A DNA stretch of 64,000 nt from an uncultured Roseburia sp. (GTDB taxonomy: Bacteria > Bacillota > Clostridia > Lachnospirales > Lachnospiraceae). The position numbers and the translations under genes are program-made. The DNA is taken from positions 5,415 through 69,414 of the forward strand of contig CAMFYL010000004.1 of assembly GCA_946002055.1 (NCBI GenBank), written 5' to 3'. Position 1 is the stretch's first letter; the number at the start of each line of letters is the position of its first letter. Below are positions 28,702 through 39,824 of this stretch, in pieces. The notes below the pieces were generated by a model. That model saw only the letters and a program-made list of their open reading frames with translations. It was not told the origin of the DNA and did not search any database.

Positions 28702-31365
28702 ATGAATTACGGCAAAAAGAGTGCACATAAGCAAAGCAAAAAGCTTTCGCCTAAGAGTGCAAAGAATAAAAAGAAGTTTACGGTTACATTCCTAAAAACC
28801 GTACTCATCTGCTTGCTGGCGATTATGATTTTAGGAGCCATCGGAGGTGGTACTTACGCCATTCTTCTGATTAAGGAATGTCCCGACATTAAGGATGTAA
28901 ACATATCACCTGAGGGATTTTCTACCACAGTGCTGGATGCAGACGGTGCAGAAATTGAAACCTTAGCCGCATCCGGAGCCAACCGCTCCTATGTACCAAT
29001 TTCCGATATCCCTAAGGATTTGCAGTACGCCTTTGTTGCCATCGAGGATGAGCGATTTTACAAACACAACGGTATTGATATTCGCGGTATTGTCCGTGCA
29101 GCCTTTACCGGTATTATCAGTGGTGGGGATTTCTCACAGGGTGCCAGTACCATTACACAGCAGCTTTTGAAGAATAACTACTTCACCACATGGACTTCAG
29201 AAAACACCTTTCGACAGCGTTTAGAAAGAAAAATTCAGGAACAGTACTTAGCTGTTCAGTTGGAGAAGGTGGAGGATAAGGACACCATTCTTGAGAATTA
29301 TCTCAACACCATTAACCTGGGACAAAACACCTTAGGTGTTGAGGCAGCATCTGAACGTTATTTTAATAAGACCGTTTCAGAACTGACACTTTCCGAAAGT
29401 GCCACCATTGCAGCCATCACACAGAATCCATCAAAATACAATCCAATTTCGAATCCCACGGACAACGCAAAGCGTCGCAAGAAGGTATTAACCAAGATGT
29501 TGGAACAGGGGTACATTTCCCAGAAGGCATACAACAAGGCCATGGATGACAACGTATATGAGCGTATTCAGGTTGCCAATGCGGAAAATCCGGCGGGAAG
29601 CACTTCTTATTTCGTAGATGCACTGACCGATCAGGTTTATAAGGATCTGGTTGAGAAGAAGGATTACACAGAAGCACAGGCCTACAAGCTTTTATACAGT
29701 GGCGGACTTACCATCAAATCCACACAAAACAGCGCATTCCAGAAAATTTGCGAGGAAGAGGTAAACAACAACGACAACTATAATGATCATGTACTACACT
29801 CTTTCTCATATCGATTGACAGTAACAAAGGCTGATGGTTCTACTGAGAATTACAGTGAGCAGACGATGCTGACCTATTATCAGGCACAGAATCCAAACTA
29901 TGACATCAATTTTGCCTCTGAAGAGGAATGTGACGAAGCTATCGAAGCCTACAAGAAAGAAATTATGAAGAAGGGTGACACCATTGCTGAAGGTGGCGAA
30001 TCTATCACCTACACCTTACAGCCACAGGCTGCCATCTCTGTTATTGATCACACCACCGGTCAGGTGGTTGCACTTGTAGGTGGACGCGGAGACAAAAATG
30101 CCAGTAAGACACTTAACCGTGCCACAAGTATTACCAGACAGCCCGGTTCTTGTTTTAAGATTATCGGATGCTATGCAGCTGCCCTTGACGCCGGCGGAAA
30201 GACACTTGCATCTGTTGTGGATGACTGTCCTACCGACTACGCTAACGGTACTCCGCTTCACAACTACGATAATCGCTACCGTGGATTTACAACCATCCGC
30301 GATGCCATTATCAGTTCTATGAATGTTGTTACCGTTAAGAATCTGACTGAGATTGGCACCGGTTTGGGATTTGAATACGCAGAAGCGCTGGGAATTACAA
30401 CCCTGGAGGCCGGCGACAACAACCAGAGTCTCTGTCTGGGTGGTATCACCAATGGCGTAACTGACCTGGAACTTACCGCAGCGTACGCAACCATCGCAAA
30501 CCAGGGAACATACCATGAGCCAATCTTCTATACAGAAGTATTGGATCACAACGGTAATGTGATTCTTGACAATACCGAGGCAGAAACAAAAGAGGTATTA
30601 AAGCCAACCACAGCATGGTTATTAACAAGCGCTATGCAGGATGTTATCTCTTCCGGTACCGGTGGCGGTGCAGGCCTTCCAAATATGCCAACAGCCGGTA
30701 AAACCGGTACCACAACAAAGAACCGTGATACCTGCTTTGCAGGATACACACCATATTACACCGCAGCTGTATGGGGCGGATACGATGACTGTACAGAGCA
30801 AAGCTACACTGCATATTCTAAGCAGATTTGGCACGCTGTCATGGCACGTATCCACGAGGGATTGCCAACGAAAAACTTCTCTCAGCCATCCGGCATTGTC
30901 ACAGCAACGGTATGTAAAAAATCCGGAAAGTTAGCTGTTGAAGGCCTTTGCGATTGCGATCCAAGAGGGTCTATGGTATACACGGAATACTTTGATAAAG
31001 ACAATGTTCCTACAGAATCATGTGATCATCACGTGAGAGCAGAGATTTGTGCCGACACCGGCCAAATTGCCAATGAATACTGTCCGAACAGAACATCTAA
31101 TGTGTATATTCTTGGCGGAAGTGCCGGAACAGAGGATGAACCTTTCCTCATTACAGAAGAGACGTTAAACACCAAGTGTACCACCCACACAAAAGCTTCT
31201 CAAGAAGCTCCGGCAGAAGGCAACAAGCCAAACGCCGAGGGTAGTATATCGGATGGAACCACAACAGATCCAAACGCCACTGACAATACTACCAGTGGTT
31301 TTGGTGGGCTGAGTTTTTGGAACTGGGGCAATCTCCAGAACCCAAATCCAACGCCTACACAATAA
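28702..31365 (+). CDS. Class A penicillin-binding protein (PBP1A family)
   Basis: Transglycosylase EDERFYKH and GASTITQQL; transpeptidase SCFK, SMN, KTG. Confidence 0.95.
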   Translation: MNYGKKSAHKQSKKLSPKSAKNKKKFTVTFLKTVLICLLAIMILGAIGGGTYAILLIKECPDIKDVNISPEGFSTTVLDADGAEIETLAASGANRSYVPISDIPKDLQYAFVAIEDERFYKHNGIDIRGIVRAAFTGIISGGDFSQGASTITQQLLKNNYFTTWTSENTFRQRLERKIQEQYLAVQLEKVEDKDTILENYLNTINLGQNTLGVEAASERYFNKTVSELTLSESATIAAITQNPSKYNPISNPTDNAKRRKKVLTKMLEQGYISQKAYNKAMDDNVYERIQVANAENPAGSTSYFVDALTDQVYKDLVEKKDYTEAQAYKLLYSGGLTIKSTQNSAFQKICEEEVNNNDNYNDHVLHSFSYRLTVTKADGSTENYSEQTMLTYYQAQNPNYDINFASEEECDEAIEAYKKEIMKKGDTIAEGGESITYTLQPQAAISVIDHTTGQVVALVGGRGDKNASKTLNRATSITRQPGSCFKIIGCYAAALDAGGKTLASVVDDCPTDYANGTPLHNYDNRYRGFTTIRDAIISSMNVVTVKNLTEIGTGLGFEYAEALGITTLEAGDNNQSLCLGGITNGVTDLELTAAYATIANQGTYHEPIFYTEVLDHNGNVILDNTEAETKEVLKPTTAWLLTSAMQDVISSGTGGGAGLPNMPTAGKTGTTTKNRDTCFAGYTPYYTAAVWGGYDDCTEQSYTAYSKQIWHAVMARIHEGLPTKNFSQPSGIVTATVCKKSGKLAVEGLCDCDPRGSMVYTEYFDKDNVPTESCDHHVRAEICADTGQIANEYCPNRTSNVYILGGSAGTEDEPFLITEETLNTKCTTHTKASQEAPAEGNKPNAEGSISDGTTTDPNATDNTTSGFGGLSFWNWGNLQNPNPTPTQ

Positions 31366-31383
31366 AAATATATACTGGCACAC

Positions 31384-31411
31384 AAAAAGAGCCGCTAGTG
31401 CGGCTCTTTTT
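31384..31411. terminator. Bidirectional terminator
   Basis: AAAAAGAGCCGC-TAGT-GCGGCTCTTTTT. Confidence 0.85.
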
Positions 31412-31424
31412 CTTATACATATCT

Positions 31425-33545
31425 TTAGACCTCAAAAATCAAATCACCGTAGGATGGCATTGGCCATGCTTCCTTATCCACAAGCATCTCCAGCTTGTCA
31501 ACCGGAGCTCTAAGGGCCTCCATAGCTGTTACCACTTCGTCCTGATAGAACTTGGCTCTCGCCTGATTGTCACCCTTAATGGCAACTCCCTGATTCACAG
31601 CATCCTGCAATCTTGCAAGGCTTACCTTCGTATCTGTCAGAAGGTCAGATACCTCCATTAAAATCTCTGTTTGAACGGATACGTCAGCATCACAAGCACT
31701 TCTGATTGTGTTGATGGAGTTACCTAAAGTTGTGGCATACTGAATAACTGCCGGAATAATCTGTTTGGTAGCAATGTCAATCATCGTTTTGGCTTCGATG
31801 TTGATTTCCTTGGCATACTGTTCATATTCGATTTCTGCACGGGACTCTAGCTCTGCTCTGGTAAACACACCAAACTTTTCAAACAGTGCCACGGATTTGT
31901 CTGTAGTCAAAGCCGGAATGGCATCCAGCATAGTCTTGATATTTGGAAGGCCTCTTCTCTTCGCCTCGTCTACCCATTCCTCTGAGTAACCATTGCCGTT
32001 AAAGATGATGCGCTCATGTTCTCTCATAAGACGCTTAATCAAATTATGTACAGCCATATCGAAATCTTCTGCCTGCTCTAATTCATCGCAGGCCTCAGCA
32101 AAAGCTTCTGCAACAATGGTATTCAGCACAATATTAGGTTCTCCCACAGAGTCCTGAGAGCCCACCATACGGAATTCAAACTTATTTCCTGTAAAGGCAA
32201 ATGGGGATGTACGGTTACGGTCTGTGGCATCCTTCATAAAATCAGGTAATGTTCTAACACCTGTCTCCAAACGTTCACCCTTCAGTGAATGGGTAGCAGA
32301 ACCGGTATCTACCAGCTGTGTTACCACATCCTGGAGCTGTTCTCCCAAGAACACAGAGATAATTGCCGGTGGTGCCTCATCCGCTCCCAAACGATGGTCG
32401 TTACCAACATCCGCCGCGGACTCCCGAAGCAAATCAGCGTGGCGGTCTACCGCCTGCAAAACACATCCTAACACAAGCAAGAACTGGATATTCTCATGTG
32501 GTGTCTTCCCCGGATCCAACAAATTGATTCCGTCATCTGTAACAAGTGACCAGTTGTTGTGCTTACCGGAACCATTGACCCCTGCAAAAGGCTTTTCGTG
32601 AAGCAAGCACTGTAATCCCTGACGACCGGCTACCTTTTTCAAGGTTTCCATAATAAGCTGATTGTGGTCTACCGCCACATTTGCTTCCGCATAAATCGGT
32701 GCCAGCTCATGCTGTGCCGGAGCCACCTCATTGTGCTGGGTCTTAGAGGAAACACCCAACTTCCAAAGCTCCTCATTTACATCCTTCATATATGCCGCAA
32801 TGCGCTCACGGATGGCACCAAAGTAATGGTCGTCCATCTCCTGTCCTTTTGGAGGCATAGCGCCAAACAGGGTTCTTCCTGTATAAATCAAATCTTTTCT
32901 CTGTAGGTATTTCTCTCTATCTACAATAAAATATTCCTGTTCTGCTCCCACAGAAGGAACAACTCTTTTTGATGTCTGATTGCCAAATAGACGAAGCAGT
33001 CGAATAGACTGTTCGCTAATGGCTTCCATAGAACGAAGCAGTGGTGTCTTCTGATCCAAGGCTTCCCCTGTGTAGGAGCAAAAAGCGGTTGGAATACAAA
33101 GGGTAGCTCCAGCAGCATCTTTTCTGACAAACGCCGGTGACGTACAATCCCAGGCCGTATATCCTCTCGCCTCGAAAGTAGCTCGAAGGCCACCTGATGG
33201 GAAAGAAGACGCATCCGGCTCACCCTTGATGAGCTCCTTACCGGAAAAACTCATAAGCACCTTGCCATTTGACATAGGAGCTGTGATAAAGGAGTCATGC
33301 TTCTCTGCTGTGACGCCGGTAAGTGGCTGAAACCAATGGCTGTAATGGGTTGCACCCTTCTCAATGGCCCATTCCTTCATCTCATGAGCCACGACATCCG
33401 CTGTTTCCAGATCTAATTCTCTACCTTCATGGATGACCTCTATCATCTTCTGGTATGTTTTCTTAGGCAAGCGCTCCCGCATTACCGCATCGTTGAACAC
33501 GTTCTCCCCGAAAATATCTGCTACATTGAAAATATCTTCTCTCAT
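31425..33545 (-). CDS. Glutamine synthetase type III
   Basis: About 700 aa; [48 protein letters not shown]. Confidence 0.95.
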   Translation of the reverse strand: MREDIFNVADIFGENVFNDAVMRERLPKKTYQKMIEVIHEGRELDLETADVVAHEMKEWAIEKGATHYSHWFQPLTGVTAEKHDSFITAPMSNGKVLMSFSGKELIKGEPDASSFPSGGLRATFEARGYTAWDCTSPAFVRKDAAGATLCIPTAFCSYTGEALDQKTPLLRSMEAISEQSIRLLRLFGNQTSKRVVPSVGAEQEYFIVDREKYLQRKDLIYTGRTLFGAMPPKGQEMDDHYFGAIRERIAAYMKDVNEELWKLGVSSKTQHNEVAPAQHELAPIYAEANVAVDHNQLIMETLKKVAGRQGLQCLLHEKPFAGVNGSGKHNNWSLVTDDGINLLDPGKTPHENIQFLLVLGCVLQAVDRHADLLRESAADVGNDHRLGADEAPPAIISVFLGEQLQDVVTQLVDTGSATHSLKGERLETGVRTLPDFMKDATDRNRTSPFAFTGNKFEFRMVGSQDSVGEPNIVLNTIVAEAFAEACDELEQAEDFDMAVHNLIKRLMREHERIIFNGNGYSEEWVDEAKRRGLPNIKTMLDAIPALTTDKSVALFEKFGVFTRAELESRAEIEYEQYAKEINIEAKTMIDIATKQIIPAVIQYATTLGNSINTIRSACDADVSVQTEILMEVSDLLTDTKVSLARLQDAVNQGVAIKGDNQARAKFYQDEVVTAMEALRAPVDKLEMLVDKEAWPMPSYGDLIFEV

Positions 33546-33559
33546 ATCATGTCCTTTCA

Positions 33560-33600
33560 TAAAAGCAAAGGTGTCCCGTTATGATATGCGGAACACCTTG
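33560..33600 (-). terminator. Terminator between fba and GSIII
   Basis: AAGGTGTTCCG...CGGGACACCTT followed by TGCTTTT. Confidence 0.55.
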
Positions 33601-33613
33601 TATTTGTGAAATC

Positions 33614-34477
33614 TTATGCTCTGTTAATAGAACCGAACAATTCCATCTTTTCCTTAACAGTTGCCTTGATAGCCTCTGTACCAGGAGCAAGGAGCTTTCT
33701 AGGGTCAAAGCCCTTTCCTTCTAAGTCCTTACCAGCCTCAACATATTCTCTTGTGGCAGCTGCAAATGATAACTGACACTCTGTGTTAACGTTAATCTTA
33801 GCAACGCCAAGTGAGATTGCTTTCTTAATCATATCCTCAGGAATACCTGTACCACCGTGAAGAACTAATGGCATATCACCTGTCTTCTGCTGTACAGCAT
33901 CCAATGTCTCAAAACTAAGTCCTGCCCAGTTCTCCGGATACTTGCCGTGGATGTTACCAATACCGGCTGCAAGCATGTCAACTCCCAAGTCTGCAATCGC
34001 CTTGCACTCTTCCGGATCAGCACACTCACCGGCACCTACAACACCGTCTTCTTCTCCACCGATGGAACCAACCTCAGCTTCGATTGACATTCCCTTGCTG
34101 TGAGCAAGCTCAACTAACTCTGTAGTCTTTGCAACGTTCTCATCAATTGGGTAGTGAGAACCGTCAAACATGATAGATGAGAAGCCCGCCTCTACACATT
34201 TGAGACATCCTTCATAGCTACCGTGATCTAAGTGAAGAGCAACCGGAACAGTAATCTCCAATTCTTCAATCATAGCCTTGACCATTGCTGCAACAGTCTT
34301 GTAACCTGTCATATACTTTCCAGCACCTTCAGAAACACCAAGGATGACTGGAGAATTGCACTCCTGTGCAGTCAATAAAATTGCCTTTGTCCATTCTAAG
34401 TTATTGATATTGAACTGACCTACTGCGTAATGTCCAGCCTTAGCCTTGTCCAACATCTCTTTTGCAGATACCAACAT
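33614..34477 (-). CDS. fba: Class II fructose-bisphosphate aldolase
   Basis: HLDHG, GNIHG, LHGGTG, KINVNT. Confidence 0.95.
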   Translation of the reverse strand: MLVSAKEMLDKAKAGHYAVGQFNINNLEWTKAILLTAQECNSPVILGVSEGAGKYMTGYKTVAAMVKAMIEELEITVPVALHLDHGSYEGCLKCVEAGFSSIMFDGSHYPIDENVAKTTELVELAHSKGMSIEAEVGSIGGEEDGVVGAGECADPEECKAIADLGVDMLAAGIGNIHGKYPENWAGLSFETLDAVQQKTGDMPLVLHGGTGIPEDMIKKAISLGVAKINVNTECQLSFAAATREYVEAGKDLEGKGFDPRKLLAPGTEAIKATVKEKMELFGSINRA

Positions 34478-34538
34478 TTCGGTTCCTCCATTTCATTTTT
34501 ATTCTTTTTCTCAAAACATTATAGCTCAAAAAGCCATT

Positions 34539-35426
34539 CTATTCAACAATAATTTCCAACGCCTTCTTACAATCCTGCACGGTTACCTTGTTATGATCAC
34601 CGCCGTATTCACCATCTAGCGTCCAAGGTACATGATCCGAGCTCTTAAGTGTAAGCAAATCCGTCTGGAAAGAATACACCATATTGGAATCCTTGACGAT
34701 TCCTGTCAGAAACGCAAGAATTTCGTTTAACTGAATCGGATTCTTTGGGGTCTTAATCAATGTGACTTCAAAGACACCATCATTTAATCCGATATCGCCG
34801 GGAATAATGCCTTTAAATCCTCCAACAGACTTGGAGTTTGTGATCATCCCGTAAATAAACTCATCATAGAAAACATTGCCGTCGTATTCCACCTGCATAT
34901 GGAAGGATGGAATGTCCCATATTTGTTTCATACCCTCGAGAATATATGCTGCATGTCCAAGCATATTCTTAAGATCCTGGCTTGTAGAATATGATACTTC
35001 TGTAAACAAACCAAAGGCTGCAACATAAACAAAGTAGTCATCATTGAAGCGCCCGATGTCACAGGCAAATGGAGATCCATTGGATGCAATCTCTGCCGCA
35101 TGAAGCATATTCTTGTCGATTCCAAGGGAATTGCCAAAGTCATTGGTACTTCCCGCAGGAATATATCCAACCGGGACCTTGTGACCGGATGACATAACTC
35201 CTGTCACCACCTCATCCAAGGTTCCATCCCCACCACTGCACACAATGCGGTCATAGTTTCCTGCTTCTGCTTTTGCCTTTTCAATGGCATCCCCCTGACA
35301 TTGGGTTGTATATGTAGTAACTTCAAATCCGGCTTTTACCATGGTATCAATGATATCTGCCAAATGCTCTTTGATTTTTCCTTTACCGGAACGAGGGTTA
35401 AATATAAACAATAACCTCTTACTCAT
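34539..35426 (-). CDS. YegS/BmrU diacylglycerol kinase-family lipid kinase
   Basis: NPRSG, GGDGT, PAGSTND, LDGE. Confidence 0.92.
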   Translation of the reverse strand: MSKRLLFIFNPRSGKGKIKEHLADIIDTMVKAGFEVTTYTTQCQGDAIEKAKAEAGNYDRIVCSGGDGTLDEVVTGVMSSGHKVPVGYIPAGSTNDFGNSLGIDKNMLHAAEIASNGSPFACDIGRFNDDYFVYVAAFGLFTEVSYSTSQDLKNMLGHAAYILEGMKQIWDIPSFHMQVEYDGNVFYDEFIYGMITNSKSVGGFKGIIPGDIGLNDGVFEVTLIKTPKNPIQLNEILAFLTGIVKDSNMVYSFQTDLLTLKSSDHVPWTLDGEYGGDHNKVTVQDCKKALEIIVE

Positions 35427-35432
35427 AATCAC

Positions 35433-35681
35433 TTACTCCGTCAAAAACTTCTCCAACGCAGCTGCTGCTTCTATTTCGTCCTCTCCATTTGCATCGATGG
35501 TAACTACCATTCCTGAAGCCAATACCAAGCTCATCATACCCATGATACTCTTGGCATTCACCTTCTTTGTATCCATTTCAAAATAAATCTGGCTGGCAAA
35601 CTGATTGGCCAACTGCACCAAATGTGCAATTGGTGTCGCTTCCATACTCTGTGACATATTTACGGTTACTTCTTTTCTCAT
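35433..35681 (-). CDS. HPr-family protein, Crh-like (no His15)
   Basis: VNAKSIMGMMSL Ser46 motif; the His15 site reads MEATP. Confidence 0.85.
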   Translation of the reverse strand: MRKEVTVNMSQSMEATPIAHLVQLANQFASQIYFEMDTKKVNAKSIMGMMSLVLASGMVVTIDANGEDEIEAAAALEKFLTE

Positions 35682-35694
35682 GATTGCTCCTTCC

Positions 35695-36591
35695 TTACAC
35701 TCTCAGTTTCTCAGCGATTTCGCTAATTTTTCGCAGGCGATGGTTCACCCCTGATTTGCCTATTGGCGGCATCAGCAGTGTGCCCAAATCCTTCAAAGGC
35801 ATATCCGGATGCTCCAGACGTACCTGAGCAATTTCCTGTAAATTCTCTGGCAGGCTTGACAGTCCTTTTGTATCCATAATAAATTGGATATCTTCCACCT
35901 GACGCACTGCAGCATTTACTGTCTTGGAAATGTTAGCCGTCTCACAATTCACCTTGCGATTAACGGAATTGCGCATCTCTTTGAGTATTCGCACATTCTC
36001 CAAATTCATTAAAGCCACATGGGCTCCCATGACATTTAACATGTCAACAATCTGAGCGCCTTCCTTTAAGTACACTACATAATGTTTCTTTCGTTCCACC
36101 ACTTTCGCATCCACATCAAAGGACATCATCACCTCCTGCAGTTGTTTCGCCTGTTCGGGCGTAATACACACAATTTCGAAGTGATATCCCTTGTTTGGAT
36201 CGCTGATAGATCCTGACGCCAAAAAAGCCCCACGAACAAAAGCGCGCTTGCAGCATGTCTGCTGTAGCAAAAGTCCATCTACCACGTCCATAGTTAGATT
36301 CGGCACCCCCACCGTCTCCTTCCACATCTTCACTGTGGTTAGGACTTCCTTCGCTTCTTCTTGAGACAATTCTAGTCCATTGGTATTTATAGTAGTTGTT
36401 TTATTCAATAAAGTAAAGTATTTTTTTTGTGTTATTTCATTATCTGACATAAAACATAGTCTGGTCTTGCCGTCACGAACCAGCAATCTTGCCTCGTGAC
36501 TGATGATGGCAGCCAGCTCGGCCAGCTGGCAATGACGAGCCTTACTTATGTGTTGTGCCAGTTCACGTTTCACCTCACTGGAAAAAGACAT
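35695..36591 (-). CDS. whiA: DNA-binding protein WhiA
   Basis: MSFSSEVK, RGAFLASGS..DP...YHFE, NRKVNCETAN, KSGVNHRLRK. Confidence 0.95.
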   Translation of the reverse strand: MSFSSEVKRELAQHISKARHCQLAELAAIISHEARLLVRDGKTRLCFMSDNEITQKKYFTLLNKTTTINTNGLELSQEEAKEVLTTVKMWKETVGVPNLTMDVVDGLLLQQTCCKRAFVRGAFLASGSISDPNKGYHFEIVCITPEQAKQLQEVMMSFDVDAKVVERKKHYVVYLKEGAQIVDMLNVMGAHVALMNLENVRILKEMRNSVNRKVNCETANISKTVNAAVRQVEDIQFIMDTKGLSSLPENLQEIAQVRLEHPDMPLKDLGTLLMPPIGKSGVNHRLRKISEIAEKLRV

Positions 36592-36600
36592 AACTTCCTC

Positions 36601-37476
36601 CTATTTGCCCCGCAAAGCATCCTTGCCAATGTCTCTGTGCTCAATCTTAAGTCCAATGGTATCGTTTCCTACCAGTCTTTGATATAACTGATTGGCCAAG
36701 GTAACGGAACGGTGCTTTCCTCCCGTGCATCCAATGGCAATTACAAGCTGATTCTTCCCCTCCTTGATATAGTTTGGAATCAGAAATTGAATCATATCAT
36801 CCAGCTTGTCAATAAATTCATGAGCCTCCTTATGTGCCATCACAAACTGTTGTATTTCTATGTCATTGCCGGTTTTTGGACGAAGCTCCGCCACATAATA
36901 TGGGTTTGGCAAAAATCTTACATCAAAAACAAGATCCGCATCGGATGGAATTCCATACTTAAATCCAAAGGACATTACCGTCACAAAGAGACTCTGAAAG
37001 TTTTCTTCTGCAACAAAGATTCTCTGCAATTCTTCCTTCAACTCTCTGGTAAGAAGGTGTGAAGTATCTATGATGTAGTCTGCCTGCTTTTTCAGAAAGG
37101 CAATTGCCTCGCGCTCCTTCACAATGCCTGCCTGAATCCGTTCCATTCCGGACAAAGGATGATTTCGTCTGGTCTCCTTATAACGTTTAATTAAGACCTC
37201 ATCCTCTGCATCCAAAAACAGAATATTGTATTTCTTGCCGTCATCTCGGAGTTCTGTCAAAACTTCCTGTAACAGACTTAATTGCTCACCACTTCGAATA
37301 TCGATTCCAACAACCACCTTCTGCTCCTTGACACTGGGCTGGTCCGTCAAATCGATCATACTTTTTAATAGAGGAATTGGCAAATTGTCCACACAAAAGT
37401 ACCCCAAATCCTCAAGCATTTTGAAAGCTGTACTTTTTCCTGCACCGGACATACCGGTAAGAATTAACAACTTCAT
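36601..37476 (-). CDS. rapZ: RNase adaptor RapZ (YvcJ)
   Basis: TGMSGAGKS, DNLP, SFGFKYG, DVRFLPNP, GCTGGKHRS. Confidence 0.95.
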   Translation of the reverse strand: MKLLILTGMSGAGKSTAFKMLEDLGYFCVDNLPIPLLKSMIDLTDQPSVKEQKVVVGIDIRSGEQLSLLQEVLTELRDDGKKYNILFLDAEDEVLIKRYKETRRNHPLSGMERIQAGIVKEREAIAFLKKQADYIIDTSHLLTRELKEELQRIFVAEENFQSLFVTVMSFGFKYGIPSDADLVFDVRFLPNPYYVAELRPKTGNDIEIQQFVMAHKEAHEFIDKLDDMIQFLIPNYIKEGKNQLVIAIGCTGGKHRSVTLANQLYQRLVGNDTIGLKIEHRDIGKDALRGK

Positions 37477-37485
37477 AACATCCTC

Positions 37486-38388
37486 CTAAAACTTACCCAA
37501 GAAACGAACTTCCGGTTCCAATACAACACCAAACTGCTGCTTCACCTTTTCTGATACATCCTGCATCAACTGATATACATCATTTGCAGTGGCATGGTCC
37601 GCATTTATCACAAAGCCACAGTGCTTATCCGATACTGCAGCTCCTCCTACCCGATATCCTGCAAGACCTGCATCCATGACAAGTTTTCCTGCAAAATATC
37701 CTTCCGGACGTTTGAAGGTACTTCCCGCACTGGGGTATTGAAGTGGCTGCTTGTCCTGTCTTCTGCCGCGAAAATCCTCCATCATCTCTTTGATGTCTGT
37801 GGCATTCCCCGGCGCCAGAGCCAATACAGCACGCAAAACAATGGCTTCTTCCTCCATCATTCTGCTGTGTCGATAGGATAGCTGCAGTTTTTCTCTTGTC
37901 CATGTAACAACACTTCCATCTGACAGTAACACATCTGCAGAGACAACCACTTGATTCATCTCGCCACCATAGGCACCGGCATTCATCATCAATGCCCCAC
38001 CAATGGTTCCGGGAATACCGGCAGCAAATTCAAGTCCTGTCAATGCTTCCTTAGCGGCAGCATTTGCCACCTGGGAGAGCAGTGCCCCCGCTTCCGCCAC
38101 AATTATTTTGCCATCTATGGCAATACCCGATGCGGCTTTGCCGAAGGAAATCACCACGCCCTCTAACCCTGCATCTGACACAAGCACATTACTACCATTT
38201 CCCAAAATGGTGTAGGCTATCTTCTCACTTCTACAATAGGTTATCAATTCCACTGCCTCTTTTATGGTAGGCTCCACATATACCTCTGCCGGGCCACCAA
38301 TCTTAAAAGTGGTATGACGAACCATAGGCTCATCCAACTGGAACTGTATCCCGGAAAACGACTCTAATAGTTTTGTTTTCCAATCCAT
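37486..38388 (-). CDS. murB: UDP-N-acetylmuramate dehydrogenase
   Basis: GNGSN, GIPGTIGG..MNAGAYG, PSAGSTFK, LEPEV. Confidence 0.95.
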   Translation of the reverse strand: MDWKTKLLESFSGIQFQLDEPMVRHTTFKIGGPAEVYVEPTIKEAVELITYCRSEKIAYTILGNGSNVLVSDAGLEGVVISFGKAASGIAIDGKIIVAEAGALLSQVANAAAKEALTGLEFAAGIPGTIGGALMMNAGAYGGEMNQVVVSADVLLSDGSVVTWTREKLQLSYRHSRMMEEEAIVLRAVLALAPGNATDIKEMMEDFRGRRQDKQPLQYPSAGSTFKRPEGYFAGKLVMDAGLAGYRVGGAAVSDKHCGFVINADHATANDVYQLMQDVSEKVKQQFGVVLEPEVRFLGKF

Positions 38389-38398
38389 TGCATACTCC

Positions 38399-39787
38399 TT
38401 ATCTGGCAAATTTCAAAAATGCTACATAGGCAAGGAACGCCTCGTACAAGTCCACCTTGCTGATAATCTCCCATGGGGCGTGCATGTTGAGAACTGCCAC
38501 ACCACTGTCAATCACATCCATATCCAGGTTGCCAAGAATGTATGCAATGGTTCCACCGCCGCCTGCATCTACCTTGCCAAGCTCCGATGTCTGGAAGTAA
38601 ACATTTGCATCATCCATAATGCGGCGAAGCTCTCCTACATACTCTGCGTTGGCATCGTTAGATCCACTCTTGCCACGTGCGCCTGTATATTTGTTAAATA
38701 CCATACCTCTTCCAAAGTATGCTGTATTATTCTTCTCCATGACAGATGGATAGTTAGGGTCAAATGCTGCACTTACGTCTGAGGACAATGCCTTGGAATT
38801 TTTCAGTGCTCTGTGCAGGTAAATGTTTCCTTCTTCTCCTGTCAGTGCCAAGAGCTCAGCAACTGTATTCTCGAAGAAGCGAGACTGCATACCGGTTGCA
38901 CCTACAGAACCAATCTCTTCCTTATCCACAAGCAAGCATACGCTGGTGTACTCCGGAGCATCCATCTCAAGCATAGCCATAAAGGATGGGTATGCACATA
39001 CTCTGTCGTCATGACCGTAACCCATAATCATAGAACGATCAAATCCGTAATCTCTGGCAGCGCCGGCCGGAACAACTTCAATTTCTGCTGAGAGGAAGTC
39101 TTCCTCCTCAATATCATACTGTTTTAAAAGAATGTTAAGGATATTCTTCTTTACAAGCTCCTTCTCATCCTCAGCAACTCCTGGGATGCTACCAACAAGA
39201 AGATTTAAGTCCTCACCTTCAACAACCTTGTTTGCCGTTTTTTTCAACTGCTCGTCTGACAAATGGATAAGCAAATCGCTTACTCCAAATACAGGGTCAT
39301 CCTCTTCCTCACCGATGCAAACATTCACAATGGTTTGATCTTTCTTGGCAACTACACCGTGGAGGGCTAGTGGCAAGGTCACCCACTGGTACTTTTTAAC
39401 ACCACCATAATAATGTGTGTCAAGCATTGCCATATCCGTATCCTCATATAACGGATTCTGCTTTAAATCCATACGAGGCGAATCAATGTGGGCCCCTAAA
39501 ATCTGCATACCGGCAGAAATCGGCTGCTTTCCAATGACAAAGCAGGCAATTGTCTTCTTTTTATTAACAGCGTACACTTTATCTCCTGCTTTCAGAGACT
39601 TATTGTTTGCAATGACATCATCAAGGTTTACATAGCCTGCTGCATCCAATCTCTCAACAAAAAATGTTGTACATTCTCTCTCTGTCTTGTTATTGGAAAT
39701 AAACTGACGATATCCTTCTGCAAAATCAAAGACCTTCTTCTTGTCAGCATCTTCCCGATACTTTTCCCATGCGTTTTTTCTTTCCAT
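38399..39787 (-). CDS. M18-family aminopeptidase
   Basis: AHIDSPR, DDR, DKEEIGS, MHAP. Confidence 0.92.
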   Translation of the reverse strand: MERKNAWEKYREDADKKKVFDFAEGYRQFISNNKTERECTTFFVERLDAAGYVNLDDVIANNKSLKAGDKVYAVNKKKTIACFVIGKQPISAGMQILGAHIDSPRMDLKQNPLYEDTDMAMLDTHYYGGVKKYQWVTLPLALHGVVAKKDQTIVNVCIGEEEDDPVFGVSDLLIHLSDEQLKKTANKVVEGEDLNLLVGSIPGVAEDEKELVKKNILNILLKQYDIEEEDFLSAEIEVVPAGAARDYGFDRSMIMGYGHDDRVCAYPSFMAMLEMDAPEYTSVCLLVDKEEIGSVGATGMQSRFFENTVAELLALTGEEGNIYLHRALKNSKALSSDVSAAFDPNYPSVMEKNNTAYFGRGMVFNKYTGARGKSGSNDANAEYVGELRRIMDDANVYFQTSELGKVDAGGGGTIAYILGNLDMDVIDSGVAVLNMHAPWEIISKVDLYEAFLAYVAFLKFAR

Positions 39788-39824
39788 TTCCTATACTCCT
39801 TCTATTTATCTATATTCAAATACT

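Noticed and set aside
33560-33613. ANTAR-type antiterminator ahead of GSIII
   Set aside because: A terminator is present, but I could not find two hexaloop hairpins
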